Origin: Bradymonadaceae bacterium
GTDB taxonomy: Bacteria; Myxococcota_A; Bradymonadia; Bradymonadales; Bradymonadaceae
NCBI GenBank assembly: GCA_037968515.1
Contig: JBBKVQ010000273.1
Location: 1 to 59,214, forward strand
DNA: 59,214 nucleotides
Direction of reading: 5' to 3'
A model generated the notes under the pieces. It had not been told where the DNA came from. It did no database searches and worked only from the letters and a program-made list of their open reading frames with translations. Within the stretch, counting starts at the first letter, position 1. The number at the start of each line of letters is the position of its first letter. The position numbers were made by a program, and so were the translations under genes. Shown here one piece after another: positions 35,791 through 44,842 of the stretch.

Positions 35791-38700
35791 ATGAATCGAC
35801 AGTCTCAGCTTCGCGCTGCGCTGATCGCTGCTTCCTGTTCCGTCATGCTCAGTGCATGTGCGGAATCGGACGGCGACCTTGCAAGCCAGGAAAACTCAAC
35901 ACGCCAGAACGCGCTCGTCACGTTCTTCTCGGTCGAACCGAGCACGCAGACGATCAACGAGGGCCAAACGGCTTCGGTCTCTGTGTCCCAACTTTGCGTC
36001 GACGGCACCACAGATGTCACCATCACAGCGACCTGGGGCGACGGAACTGCGAACACCTCTCGCGTGATCCCTGCAGCCCTTTTTGGCGCACAGGGCTCCT
36101 GCGCGGCTGGCTTTCGTGAAGTTTGCGGAGCCACGGCACCGGTCGCAGCAGCATTACTCTGTAATTCATGGACACATCAGTACGCGGATAACCCTGCCAC
36201 CAACCCCTATGCTGTCGGATTCTCGGCCGTTCAGGGCACCGACACCTCGACGCAGGGCGTCACTGTAGCGGTGAACAATCTTCCGCCTAACGCGACTTTG
36301 CTTCGCACCGGTGCCAAATTTGAAGGCGTGAACGCGACATTCGACCTTACGGTCGAAGATCCAGGCCTCAAGGCAACCGAGATTGCTGGCGTGACCTGGA
36401 CCTGGACGCCTACGGCTGGGGTCAATGACCCGACCGTGGTGACCTGTACTTGCGCCAATCCAACCGATTGTGATGACGGGACGAATCTCGACATTTGCAA
36501 CGAATCAAATAGTCCAAAAACCGACACCAAGTCGCGAATCTACCTCGACGACGGCACCTACACCTTGACCGTGCTTGTCACGGACAAGGATGGCGGCCAA
36601 ACGACGACGTCGACGACGACCGTGATCGCCAACCTTCCTCCGGGAAATCTTGCGATCAAATTGAACGGTACGGAAATCAGCACAAACTCGGCGACTCCAA
36701 CCGCATTGATCGAAGGTACAACCTACGCAATCGCGGGCACGCTCGACGAGCAGGGCATCGACGAGCTGACCTTCAACTGGAATTTGGGAGACCTCACGAC
36801 ACGAACCGGTACCGGTAACGTGATCAAAGGAATCACCTACCCGACCATCCAAAACATCGCTCCTGCCGACGCGCTGGCCTTCAACAAGAAGTACGACAAC
36901 GTTCTTCCTGCGCTGACGAACGACTACACCGTCACATTCGGTGCAGCCGACGATAACGGCGGAACAGGCACACGACTTGGTTATGTGCGTGTCACCGACG
37001 TAAACCCGGTGATCAACAGCTTCACAGCTAACGGCGCACAGGCCAACGCAACCGTCGCTGAAGGCTCCACTGTGAACTTCGCAGTCGCAGCCGTCTCGGG
37101 TGCAGCCGACCCAACGTTCGACGCACTTACCACGTACAACTGGAACATCGACGGCAACGGCAACGGCAACCGCGTCAATGAATACACCGTTGTTGGCTGT
37201 GGAACGAGCGACACCACATGTGCCGTGACCTTCCTCGACGACGATCTTGACGGGTCGTACAACGTCCTGGTCAAGGTGAACGACGAAGACTCGTCCACCA
37301 CAAGCGTTGCGCGTACGATCACTGTCACAAACCAAGCACCGGTCTTGGCCGCGATTCCGGCACTTGCTGGCATCAACGAAGCCAGCGCAAGCACGCTGAC
37401 CTACTCGTTCACCGACCCTGCAGGTACGCTCGACGGCACCTACTCGGTCGTGGTCAATTGGGACGACGGCACACCAAACTCGACCGCGACTCATACCGCA
37501 CCCGGCACGTTCAGCATCGGACCACACGTCTATGCAGACAACTCGCTGTGCACCAATCCATCGGCAGGCGTCTGCACGGTTTCCGTGCAGGTCTGCGAAG
37601 TGGGCGGCACGATCTGCGACACCAAGACGACCACGATCGTTGTAACCAACGTCGTACCAACGCCTTCGATCGTCCCCTTCCCAGCCCTTGAAGAAGGTTA
37701 CACCTTCAATCTTGATGGCGGATTTTCGGACCCGGCAGGCGCACTCGACAACGCTTATTCTGGCGAATGGAGCGGACTCGATTTCGGTAACCAAACATTG
37801 GCTGCCACCTACGCAGCACGCCTTACAGCTTTGGACGTCACCAATGGCGGACGATTCGACAGCCAAGGCCCCAAAGTCATTCAATTGACTGTGACCGACG
37901 GAGACGGCGGCGTAAGCTTGCCTGTCTCGGCCAACGTTACTGTGGCTGACAACACTCCAATCATCACAAGCGTGACTCAGACATTTGTGCCAGCGTTGGA
38001 TAATCTTGAGCCTGCTCAAGCCAAGCTCGACATCAATGTGAAAGCCGAAACCGCTGCCGACCTTCTCACGAAAGTCGTTGTGAACTGGGGCGATCCAAAC
38101 CTCGCCAATTCAGAAATCACGGTCGGGGTTGCTGGTGTCGGTACTGCAGGAAACACGATTTCAGTGACCGCTCCTGGCGATTACATCGAAAGCGGTGATT
38201 ACACTGCAACCATCACTGTGTTCGACGAAGACTCGAGCGCTAGCACGACAAGGATCATCACCGTCGTCAACGTCGCTCCAACGATCACTCTTGTTGAAGC
38301 AACCCCTCCGGCACCTGTGATTGTGACCGAAGGTCAGTCGTTCTCGGCACGTATTACAGCAACCGACCCCTCAACCGTTGACGCTCAGACGCTCTCGTTC
38401 CAAATCAACTGGGGCGACACTTCAAGCGACTTCGCAACTGGCTCGGTGACAGCGCCAGGCACAGCTCGTGCGCAGTTCTCGCACGTGTACACCAATCCGG
38501 GCACCTACACGGTTCTCATCACCGTGACGGACCCGGACGGCGGAAGTGACACCTCAACCCTCACGGTTGAAGTTCTTAACCGCGCACCAACCATCACGGA
38601 CGTGTTCAACACCGGACCTGTCAACGAGAACTCCTCGGTGACCGCGGTCATGTTGGTCAACAATCCTGGCGCCGACACACTTCGTTATTCGTTCAACTTC

Positions 38701-41700
38701 GCTTGCACAAAGACGGACAGCGCCAACGTCAACAACAGTGACTTCGCTGAAGCTGTCCCTGGAACGGGAACTTCTGCAGTTCGTTCGAACACCTACCAAG
38801 ACCAGGGCTCAAACCCTGTCTGTGTGCGAGTTTGTGACGATGACGGTCCTGCTTTCGGTTGTGACTATGGTTTGACCACAGTCACCGTGAAAAACGTGGC
38901 TCCTCAAATCACGTCATTCCCGACCCCTGCTCCTGTGACTGAAAACGCCGCCGGCGCAACCGTGGTGCTTTCGGTGACAGCAACCGATGTGGGCCCTCTT
39001 GATGTTCTGACTTACTCGTTCGATTGCGACAGCAATGGCAGCGAAGACTTCAGCAACACCTCGGGCGTCGCTTCTTGCGTGTACACCACAAGTGGCACGT
39101 TCACCGCGACCGTTAAGGTCAGCGATGCAGATGGCGGCAGCACACTTGGTTCGACTCAGGTTCGTGTCACTAACGTGGCTCCAACCATCTCGAATGTTGC
39201 TGGTCTTAATGTCAACGAAGGCAACGCAACCACTGTGACGGTAACCGCCGCAGATATTGGTGGAGATGCCCTCAGCTATCGTTTCGACTTCAATAATGAC
39301 GGACAATACGACGTCACGAAGTCGACCAACGCAGCGACATGGACCTACCCACAAGACGGCCTCAAAACCGTCGGTGTCGAAGTGTGTGATACCAAGAACG
39401 CATGCGTTCAAGGCTCCACAACACTCACTGTCGCCAACGTCGCGCCGACCATCTTGTCGGTCTCGACACCCTCATCTGTGTCTCGTGGCACAGCGGTAAC
39501 AGCGATTGTTGATGCACTCGACGCTGGAAACGACAAGTTGAGCTACACGTTCAACTTCAAAGATTCGAGCGGCGCGACTGTATTTGCGATTGGACCACAG
39601 GCTTCAAACGTCGCAGCTGCAACCATCGCAGATTCGGGTGCCTACTCGGTCGAAGTCACTGTCACCGACACTGTCGGCGCACCCAACACTGCGGCTTCGG
39701 CAACGGGCAGCAGCACCTTCACTGTGACCGATATCAGCGTGGCCGTGAACGTCATCGCCAACCCTTCCACCATCTCGGAAGGCGGAACGACAACGATCAC
39801 TGTGACTCCTTCAGGAACAGGTCCTTACCTGGTTCGTTACGACATCAATGGCGATGGCGACTTCAACGACCCAGAGGACATCGTCCCAGCAAGCCCGACA
39901 GACACCTGCACGACTTGCGCAGCAGCTGGCATCGTCTATGCCAACAACCGTTCGGGTAACCTTCCTTACCGCGTTCTCGTTGAAGTCACCGACACCGGTG
40001 AAGGCAACGCAGTGGCCACAGCACTTGTGTCGGTCACGGTGAACAACGTCGCTCCAACCATCGCAGCAATCGGCGATATCTTGTCAGCTCCTGAGCAGAC
40101 AGCATTATCCGTAGGCATCGTGGGAACCGACGTCGGTACGCAAGACACCATCACGTACTCGCTGGTCTCTGGCCCGGCAGCCATCGTTGTGAACGCCGCT
40201 ACTGGCAATCTCAGCTGGACGCCAAACTGGACCGACGAAGGCGCGACTTCGGTCACGGTTCGTGCAACCGATAACGACGGTGGCAAGTCTGAAGAGACCT
40301 TCACTGTTACGGTGACGATCATCGACACCAACAACAACAACATCTCGGATACCCGCGAGCGTGAGCTCAACAACGGCGCGCTTTTGCCGCCTGATGCTGG
40401 GACAACCGATACCGACAACGACGGCGTCACCGACCTTCAAGAAGTGCTCGACGGCACCGACCCGAACGTCAGCGATGCTCCTTCGGCACCTCTTATCTTG
40501 AGCCCGAACAAAGAGTCGGTGGACACTCTTCGTCCGACACTCACAGTCGTGAATGCAGAGAGCCCACGTGGCCTCGAACTGCAGTACACGTTTGTGGTCG
40601 AAGACTCGACGGGAACAGAAATCACTCGCATCTCGGGTGTGGCTGAAGGCGTGAACACCACTTCGGTGGAAGTCGACGTCGACCTGACTGAAGACGCTGT
40701 CTACACATGGTTCGCCAATGCAGACGACGGATTTGCTCAGGGCGAAGACAGCCAGACTGGCTCGTTCCGCGTGAACACTGCCAACTCGGCTCCTCCGGTT
40801 CCTGCGAACCTGACACCTGTCGACATGGCTATTCTGCCAGGTTCCGTGCTCGCAGCTCTCGAGTTGCGTGCGGTTGTTGACCCTGACGGCGATGCTGTTT
40901 CGTACGAATTCGAAGTCGCTTCGGATGCTGCGTTCGCAACGATCGTGACACGCTCGGAGCTTCGTTCGGTACCGTTCTTCTCGCTGTCACAAGTGTTGGC
41001 CCCTGGCACATACTTCTGGCACGGCCGAGCCACCGACGGCGTTGATGCAAGCGTCTACGGCGCAGCGACATCGTTCACGATCCAAGCTTCGAACACGAAC
41101 ACGGCGCCTCCTGCTCCGACCATCGTCAAGCCTAACGGCGTTGTGCTGGCAACAGCATCGACAACGCTTGAAATCGAAGGCGTCGTTGATGTTGATGGAG
41201 ACGACGTCCAGTACGTCCTCGAAATCGCCAACAACGCTGCATTCGCAGGCGCAGACAACTCGGGACTTCAGACTGAGTTGACCTACGACGTTGCTGGACT
41301 TCAGGAAGACACCACGTACTTCTGGCGCGCACGTTCGTTCGACGGAACCACCACATCTGAGTGGGTTTCGGCGAGCTTCGTGGTCAACGCAGAAAACGCA
41401 GCTCCAACCGGACTTGCAATCGTGTCACCTGCACCCGGCGCACTTCTTGAGCGTGCACCTGACGGACTTGTTTGGGCAGAAGCAACGGATGCCGACGGCG
41501 ATACCTTGATCTACACGGTCGACCTCGCCACGACCGCAGATTTTGCTGAAATCCTTTACACCGAAGACTTCGTAGCGGGCGATTCGGTTGCAGTGCCTAC
41601 AGGTGTGACGTTCGACGCTGAGCTCACATACTACTGGCGCGTGACCGTTTCGGACGGCACCGACAGCGACGTAGTCACTGGAAGCTTCGACCTCTACTCG

Positions 41701-41847
41701 GCTCCTATCGTGTCTTCGGGCGGCGGTGGAGACGACGGATGTGGTTGTAGCTCGGTGGCCAAGCCCGCTGATCGTCAGCCAATGGCACTCATCTTCGGCC
41801 TCATGATGGCTGGATTGCTTGTCATGCGTCGTCGCAAGCGCGACTAA
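35791..41847 (+). CDS. Giant surface lipoprotein/adhesin with about 13 PKD/Ig-like repeats, a TSP3-like segment, four repeats of a roughly 120-aa module, and a MYXO-CTERM-like tail
   Basis: ATG at 35791 lies 5 nt after AGGAG, with lipobox 'MLSAC'. The recurring boundary motif is 'V(T/R)V.N(V/Q)AP.I', for example 'ITVVNVAPTITL', 'VTVKNVAPQITS', 'VRVTNVAPTISN', 'LTVANVAPTILS' and 'VTVNNVAPTIAA'. 'DTDNDGVTDLQEVLDGTDPN' is TSP3-like. Four C-terminal modules each end in 'Y(T/F/Y)W...(D/S)DG'. The tail is 'GCGCSS...ALIFGLMMAGLLVMRRRKRD'. Confidence 0.9.
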   Translation: MNRQSQLRAALIAASCSVMLSACAESDGDLASQENSTRQNALVTFFSVEPSTQTINEGQTASVSVSQLCVDGTTDVTITATWGDGTANTSRVIPAALFGAQGSCAAGFREVCGATAPVAAALLCNSWTHQYADNPATNPYAVGFSAVQGTDTSTQGVTVAVNNLPPNATLLRTGAKFEGVNATFDLTVEDPGLKATEIAGVTWTWTPTAGVNDPTVVTCTCANPTDCDDGTNLDICNESNSPKTDTKSRIYLDDGTYTLTVLVTDKDGGQTTTSTTTVIANLPPGNLAIKLNGTEISTNSATPTALIEGTTYAIAGTLDEQGIDELTFNWNLGDLTTRTGTGNVIKGITYPTIQNIAPADALAFNKKYDNVLPALTNDYTVTFGAADDNGGTGTRLGYVRVTDVNPVINSFTANGAQANATVAEGSTVNFAVAAVSGAADPTFDALTTYNWNIDGNGNGNRVNEYTVVGCGTSDTTCAVTFLDDDLDGSYNVLVKVNDEDSSTTSVARTITVTNQAPVLAAIPALAGINEASASTLTYSFTDPAGTLDGTYSVVVNWDDGTPNSTATHTAPGTFSIGPHVYADNSLCTNPSAGVCTVSVQVCEVGGTICDTKTTTIVVTNVVPTPSIVPFPALEEGYTFNLDGGFSDPAGALDNAYSGEWSGLDFGNQTLAATYAARLTALDVTNGGRFDSQGPKVIQLTVTDGDGGVSLPVSANVTVADNTPIITSVTQTFVPALDNLEPAQAKLDINVKAETAADLLTKVVVNWGDPNLANSEITVGVAGVGTAGNTISVTAPGDYIESGDYTATITVFDEDSSASTTRIITVVNVAPTITLVEATPPAPVIVTEGQSFSARITATDPSTVDAQTLSFQINWGDTSSDFATGSVTAPGTARAQFSHVYTNPGTYTVLITVTDPDGGSDTSTLTVEVLNRAPTITDVFNTGPVNENSSVTAVMLVNNPGADTLRYSFNFACTKTDSANVNNSDFAEAVPGTGTSAVRSNTYQDQGSNPVCVRVCDDDGPAFGCDYGLTTVTVKNVAPQITSFPTPAPVTENAAGATVVLSVTATDVGPLDVLTYSFDCDSNGSEDFSNTSGVASCVYTTSGTFTATVKVSDADGGSTLGSTQVRVTNVAPTISNVAGLNVNEGNATTVTVTAADIGGDALSYRFDFNNDGQYDVTKSTNAATWTYPQDGLKTVGVEVCDTKNACVQGSTTLTVANVAPTILSVSTPSSVSRGTAVTAIVDALDAGNDKLSYTFNFKDSSGATVFAIGPQASNVAAATIADSGAYSVEVTVTDTVGAPNTAASATGSSTFTVTDISVAVNVIANPSTISEGGTTTITVTPSGTGPYLVRYDINGDGDFNDPEDIVPASPTDTCTTCAAAGIVYANNRSGNLPYRVLVEVTDTGEGNAVATALVSVTVNNVAPTIAAIGDILSAPEQTALSVGIVGTDVGTQDTITYSLVSGPAAIVVNAATGNLSWTPNWTDEGATSVTVRATDNDGGKSEETFTVTVTIIDTNNNNISDTRERELNNGALLPPDAGTTDTDNDGVTDLQEVLDGTDPNVSDAPSAPLILSPNKESVDTLRPTLTVVNAESPRGLELQYTFVVEDSTGTEITRISGVAEGVNTTSVEVDVDLTEDAVYTWFANADDGFAQGEDSQTGSFRVNTANSAPPVPANLTPVDMAILPGSVLAALELRAVVDPDGDAVSYEFEVASDAAFATIVTRSELRSVPFFSLSQVLAPGTYFWHGRATDGVDASVYGAATSFTIQASNTNTAPPAPTIVKPNGVVLATASTTLEIEGVVDVDGDDVQYVLEIANNAAFAGADNSGLQTELTYDVAGLQEDTTYFWRARSFDGTTTSEWVSASFVVNAENAAPTGLAIVSPAPGALLERAPDGLVWAEATDADGDTLIYTVDLATTADFAEILYTEDFVAGDSVAVPTGVTFDAELTYYWRVTVSDGTDSDVVTGSFDLYSAPIVSSGGGGDDGCGCSSVAKPADRQPMALIFGLMMAGLLVMRRRKRD

Positions 41848-41871
41848 TTTTTCAGGCATTTAGCCTTAAAA

Positions 41872-41903
41872 CCCGCCCGATTCTTCGGGCGGGTTTTTTT
41901 GTT
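41872..41903 (+). terminator. Rho-independent terminator after the giant adhesin gene
   Basis: A perfect 9-bp GC-rich stem 'cccgcccga'/'tcgggcggg' with a 4-nt loop 'ttct' is followed by 'tttttttgttt'. Confidence 0.85.
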
Positions 41904-41921
41904 TCTTGGCATCGAAGAAAC

Positions 41922-41949
41922 TTGAAATGAAGTTGCCCGGCATTATGTT
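41922..41949 (+). promoter_or_regulatory. Candidate sigma70-type promoter for the BI-1 family gene (TTGAAA - 16 nt - TATGTT)
   Basis: The hexamers were read directly from the sequence, 40 nt upstream of the ATG at 41990. There is no experimental support. Confidence 0.3.
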
Positions 41950-41989
41950 AACGTACGGATCTGGGCCCGAATCATGATGGAGAAGACAA

Positions 41990-42673
41990 ATGGAAGCCAT
42001 GCACTCAGTTTCAAGCAGCAGTATCGACGCGCGGGTGTCGTTCATTCGCAAGACCTACGCCCACTTGATGGGGGCGATCCTTGCGTTTGTCGGACTTGAG
42101 GTCATGCTGTTCCAAACCGGCGCGGCGAGAGTCGTCGCAGAAGCGATGCTCAGCGTCAGCTGGCTTCTCGTGTTGGGTCTCTTCATGGGCGTTGCGTGGG
42201 CCGCCGACTGGCTGGCACACCGAGAAACCTCCAAAGCTATCCAATACGTTGGTTTGGGCCTCTATATCGTCGCCGAAGCCTTCCTAATGACTCCGCTGCT
42301 TTACATGGCTGTCGCCTACAGCGACCCAAGCGTATTGCCGTCCGCAGTGGTCACGACCCTTGTCGTGTTTGCTGGACTAACCGTCGCGGTCTTCGTCACC
42401 AAAAAGGACTTCTCCTTTTTGCGCATGGCGCTTGTTGTGGCGTCGTTTGGAGCCTTTGGCCTCATCATCGCCGCCACGCTATTTGGCTTCGAACTCGGCA
42501 TGTTGTTCTCGGTAGCCATGGCCGTGGTCGCCGCTGGTTTTGTGCTCTACAGCACCTCGAACGTGCTGCTCCACTACAACACCAACCAGTACGTGGCTGC
42601 CTCGCTGGCGCTGTTCTCGTCGGTGGCCCTGATGTTCTGGTACATCCTGCGAATCTTCATGGGACGCGACTAA
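41990..42673 (+). CDS. Bax inhibitor-1/YccA family membrane protein
   Basis: 227 aa with seven hydrophobic helices. The N-terminal 'FIRKTYAHLMGAIL' and the C-terminal basic end are typical of the BI-1/YccA family. Confidence 0.85.
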   Translation: MEAMHSVSSSSIDARVSFIRKTYAHLMGAILAFVGLEVMLFQTGAARVVAEAMLSVSWLLVLGLFMGVAWAADWLAHRETSKAIQYVGLGLYIVAEAFLMTPLLYMAVAYSDPSVLPSAVVTTLVVFAGLTVAVFVTKKDFSFLRMALVVASFGAFGLIIAATLFGFELGMLFSVAMAVVAAGFVLYSTSNVLLHYNTNQYVAASLALFSSVALMFWYILRIFMGRD

Positions 42674-42710
42674 GTTTTGGGTTGCCAGGCTAGTGCCTGG
42701 CGGAACCAGG

Positions 42711-43625
42711 TCAACAGGCGTTGCGGATGCAATGACCTGTCAGCAGCCATTGGCCCCACTTCCTGACCTCCTCTCCCTCCAAATCACCAACTCGGGCTTG
42801 CTGAAGCACGTCTGAGCGAATCGCAATCCGGCCGTTCGCCATGTTCTGCGCCAGATTGGCGGGAACCAAGACGGCGTCGAACATGTCCGCATGCAGAAAA
42901 TCGGTCAGGTTTTTTCCGATCGAAATGTCTGCTCCCAGGAACACCGGCAAGGTATTTTTGGGCTGGGTGAACGTCTCCTGAATCGCGGTTCGGGCCGAAC
43001 GAGCACACTCGTAAAAAAGGCCCGCCATCGGGTCGGTCGGATACGAATGTTCGGGGTCTAACTGCCACAGAACGCTCAAAAACGTGGCGATCGTTCCAAA
43101 CACCATACGCTCGACCGTGGCCAAAGTTTCGCGCGGAAACAGTGAGTGATCGCGAACCTCGGGCGACGATTTCCCCCGTGATCGCACCTCGTGGGCGACC
43201 CGCAACCCCCACATCGGATGAAGGTCCAGCGCCACTAACATCCCCGCCATCGACTGCGGTGGACACAACTGGCGCGTAAACGACTCGACCAGCCGAAGCT
43301 GAACGTCCTGCGGATCCATCCCGCCCACCACGTCGCTTTCCACGCGAGGCGCAAACATGTCTTCGGTCGCACAAAACCAACCCAAACCCGCAGCCAGGGC
43401 CAAGAGCCTGCCCCACCCCCCCGATGGCGCATACCCAAGCGCATTTTCGAGTTCACGCGCCGACCGTGAGGCCAACGCCCAGGGCTGCGACGCCCGCAAC
43501 CCACCATGTCTGTGCGCAACGTCCAACGCGTCACACAGCGCCATCTGCGGCAACCCTGAGTCCCACGTCATGTCGACCGCTTGCCCGTGTTCCGTGACCT
43601 CCAAAACCGATTTGAATCCCATCAT
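42711..43625 (-). CDS. Hypothetical protein
   Basis: 304-aa ORF with coding-like composition and no recognisable motifs. An alternative-frame ORF (42784..43416) is Arg/Gly-rich and looks spurious. Confidence 0.5.
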   Translation of the reverse strand: MMGFKSVLEVTEHGQAVDMTWDSGLPQMALCDALDVAHRHGGLRASQPWALASRSARELENALGYAPSGGWGRLLALAAGLGWFCATEDMFAPRVESDVVGGMDPQDVQLRLVESFTRQLCPPQSMAGMLVALDLHPMWGLRVAHEVRSRGKSSPEVRDHSLFPRETLATVERMVFGTIATFLSVLWQLDPEHSYPTDPMAGLFYECARSARTAIQETFTQPKNTLPVFLGADISIGKNLTDFLHADMFDAVLVPANLAQNMANGRIAIRSDVLQQARVGDLEGEEVRKWGQWLLTGHCIRNAC

Positions 43626-43730
43626 CGAGTCCTCCTAATTGGGCCACTATCGACCGTTCAAGGGGGTTATCGGTCAAAGGCATTCAAAAGTTGCGAAATG
43701 CTCTGAGAACTCACGCCAAAACCTGCTAAG

Positions 43731-44681
43731 GTGCGCGCCATGAAAGACTTTCCGCGAATTGCAAGTTTGAGCGTCGATCTGGACAGTGTGGTCTGTTACC
43801 GCGATATCCACGGACTCGAAAAATCTCCGTTATCGCCAGATCCTGCTTATTCAGTGGGGTTAAACCGCCTGCTGGGTTTCTTGGCCGAGGTCGACATCCC
43901 GTCCACGTTATTCGTGATCGGTAGGGACACCAAAAACCCGGAACACCGCGCACTACTTCGCGCTGCGGCTAAAGACGGCCATGAACTCGCCAGCCATTCG
44001 TGGTCCCATGACTACGCGCTGCGAACCAAAAAGCCGGCCGAAATTCGTGACGACCTATTCCGCGTCCACGATGTTCTTGGAGAGCTTCAAGATACAGACC
44101 CAGTTGGATTCAGAGCGCCGGGCTATAATATCGACAACAGATTGCTCGATGTATGCCTTGAGCTTGGCTACAAGTACGATTCAAGTGTTTTCCCTTGCCC
44201 TGCCTACTACACAGCCAAAGGAGCCGTCATGGGGGCTCTGAAGCTCGCTGGGCGCCCAAGCAGGTCGTCGATGACCCGCGCTGAAGCTCTGATTGCCCCG
44301 ATCACGCCCTATACCCCCTCCACAAAGTCATTTTGGAGGCGCGGCAACGCCGATATTCTGGAAATTCCGATGGCTGTCGTGCCAGGGATTCGTTTTCCGG
44401 TGATCGGAACGAGCCTACATATCCTTGGGAACACCGGCTTCGACGCTGTGTATCCCCTGTTGAAATCGACGCACCGCCTGCTCAACCTCGAATTCCACGC
44501 GATCGATTTCATGGATGCGGATGACGTTGGCATGGCGCCGCTGGTGAGATATCAGCCAGATTTGCGGGTTCCTTGGGAGACCAAAAAACAGCGATACAGC
44601 CACGTGATCTGGAAAGCCAAACAGGACTACCGCTTCGCCACGCTAAGAGACGCGGCTGCCAGTTATTCGCAATCGCTGTGA
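43731..44681 (+). CDS. Polysaccharide deacetylase (NodB-homology) family protein
   Basis: Motifs 'SVDLDS', 'FVIGRD' and 'HELASHSWSHD' (the HxxxH zinc motif) are present. The start is either 43731 or the ATG at 43740. The last two codons and the stop lie inside the repeat element. Confidence 0.75.
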   Translation: MRAMKDFPRIASLSVDLDSVVCYRDIHGLEKSPLSPDPAYSVGLNRLLGFLAEVDIPSTLFVIGRDTKNPEHRALLRAAAKDGHELASHSWSHDYALRTKKPAEIRDDLFRVHDVLGELQDTDPVGFRAPGYNIDNRLLDVCLELGYKYDSSVFPCPAYYTAKGAVMGALKLAGRPSRSSMTRAEALIAPITPYTPSTKSFWRRGNADILEIPMAVVPGIRFPVIGTSLHILGNTGFDAVYPLLKSTHRLLNLEFHAIDFMDADDVGMAPLVRYQPDLRVPWETKKQRYSHVIWKAKQDYRFATLRDAAASYSQSL

Positions 44682-44801
44682 TTCTGCGCTTGGTGCGCAG
44701 ACCCTATGGCCTGCATGCGATTCCTGCGATTATTCAAACACATGCGAGCCAAAAAGCTCGCGGACCAATCGCAGGCGCGGCTGGAGCCACGCGGACCAAT
44801 C
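44676..44801 (-). repeat. REP/BIME-like composite repeat, copy A (inverted relative to copies B and C)
   Basis: 'ctgtgattctgcgcttggtgcgcagaccctatggcctgcatgcgattcctgcgattattcaaacacatgcgagcc..gctcgcggaccaatc' is the reverse complement of the core at 46148-46273 and 57325-57450. Hairpins lie at 44684-44700, 44697-44714 (one mismatch) and 44744-44761. The core is followed by the shared 23-mer 'gcaggcgcggctggagccacgcg' and a second 'cgcggaccaatc' box. Confidence 0.85.
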
Positions 44802-44842
44802 ACAAAAACAACTGCTCACCACTCACTGCTCACTGCTCGCCG

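Noticed and set aside
36505-38019. 504-aa antisense ORF inside the giant adhesin gene
   Set aside because: It is Arg/Gly/Cys/Val-rich with no motifs and lies entirely antisense to a strongly supported repeat-domain CDS. Long antisense ORFs of this kind are expected in GC-rich, repeat-rich coding sequence.
42784-43416. 210-aa alternative-frame ORF within the 304-aa hypothetical gene, and the 165-aa ORF 42196..42693 within the BI-1 gene
   Set aside because: The translations are Arg/Gly/Ser-rich and typical of off-frame GC-rich sequence, and the overlapping frames have better coding character.
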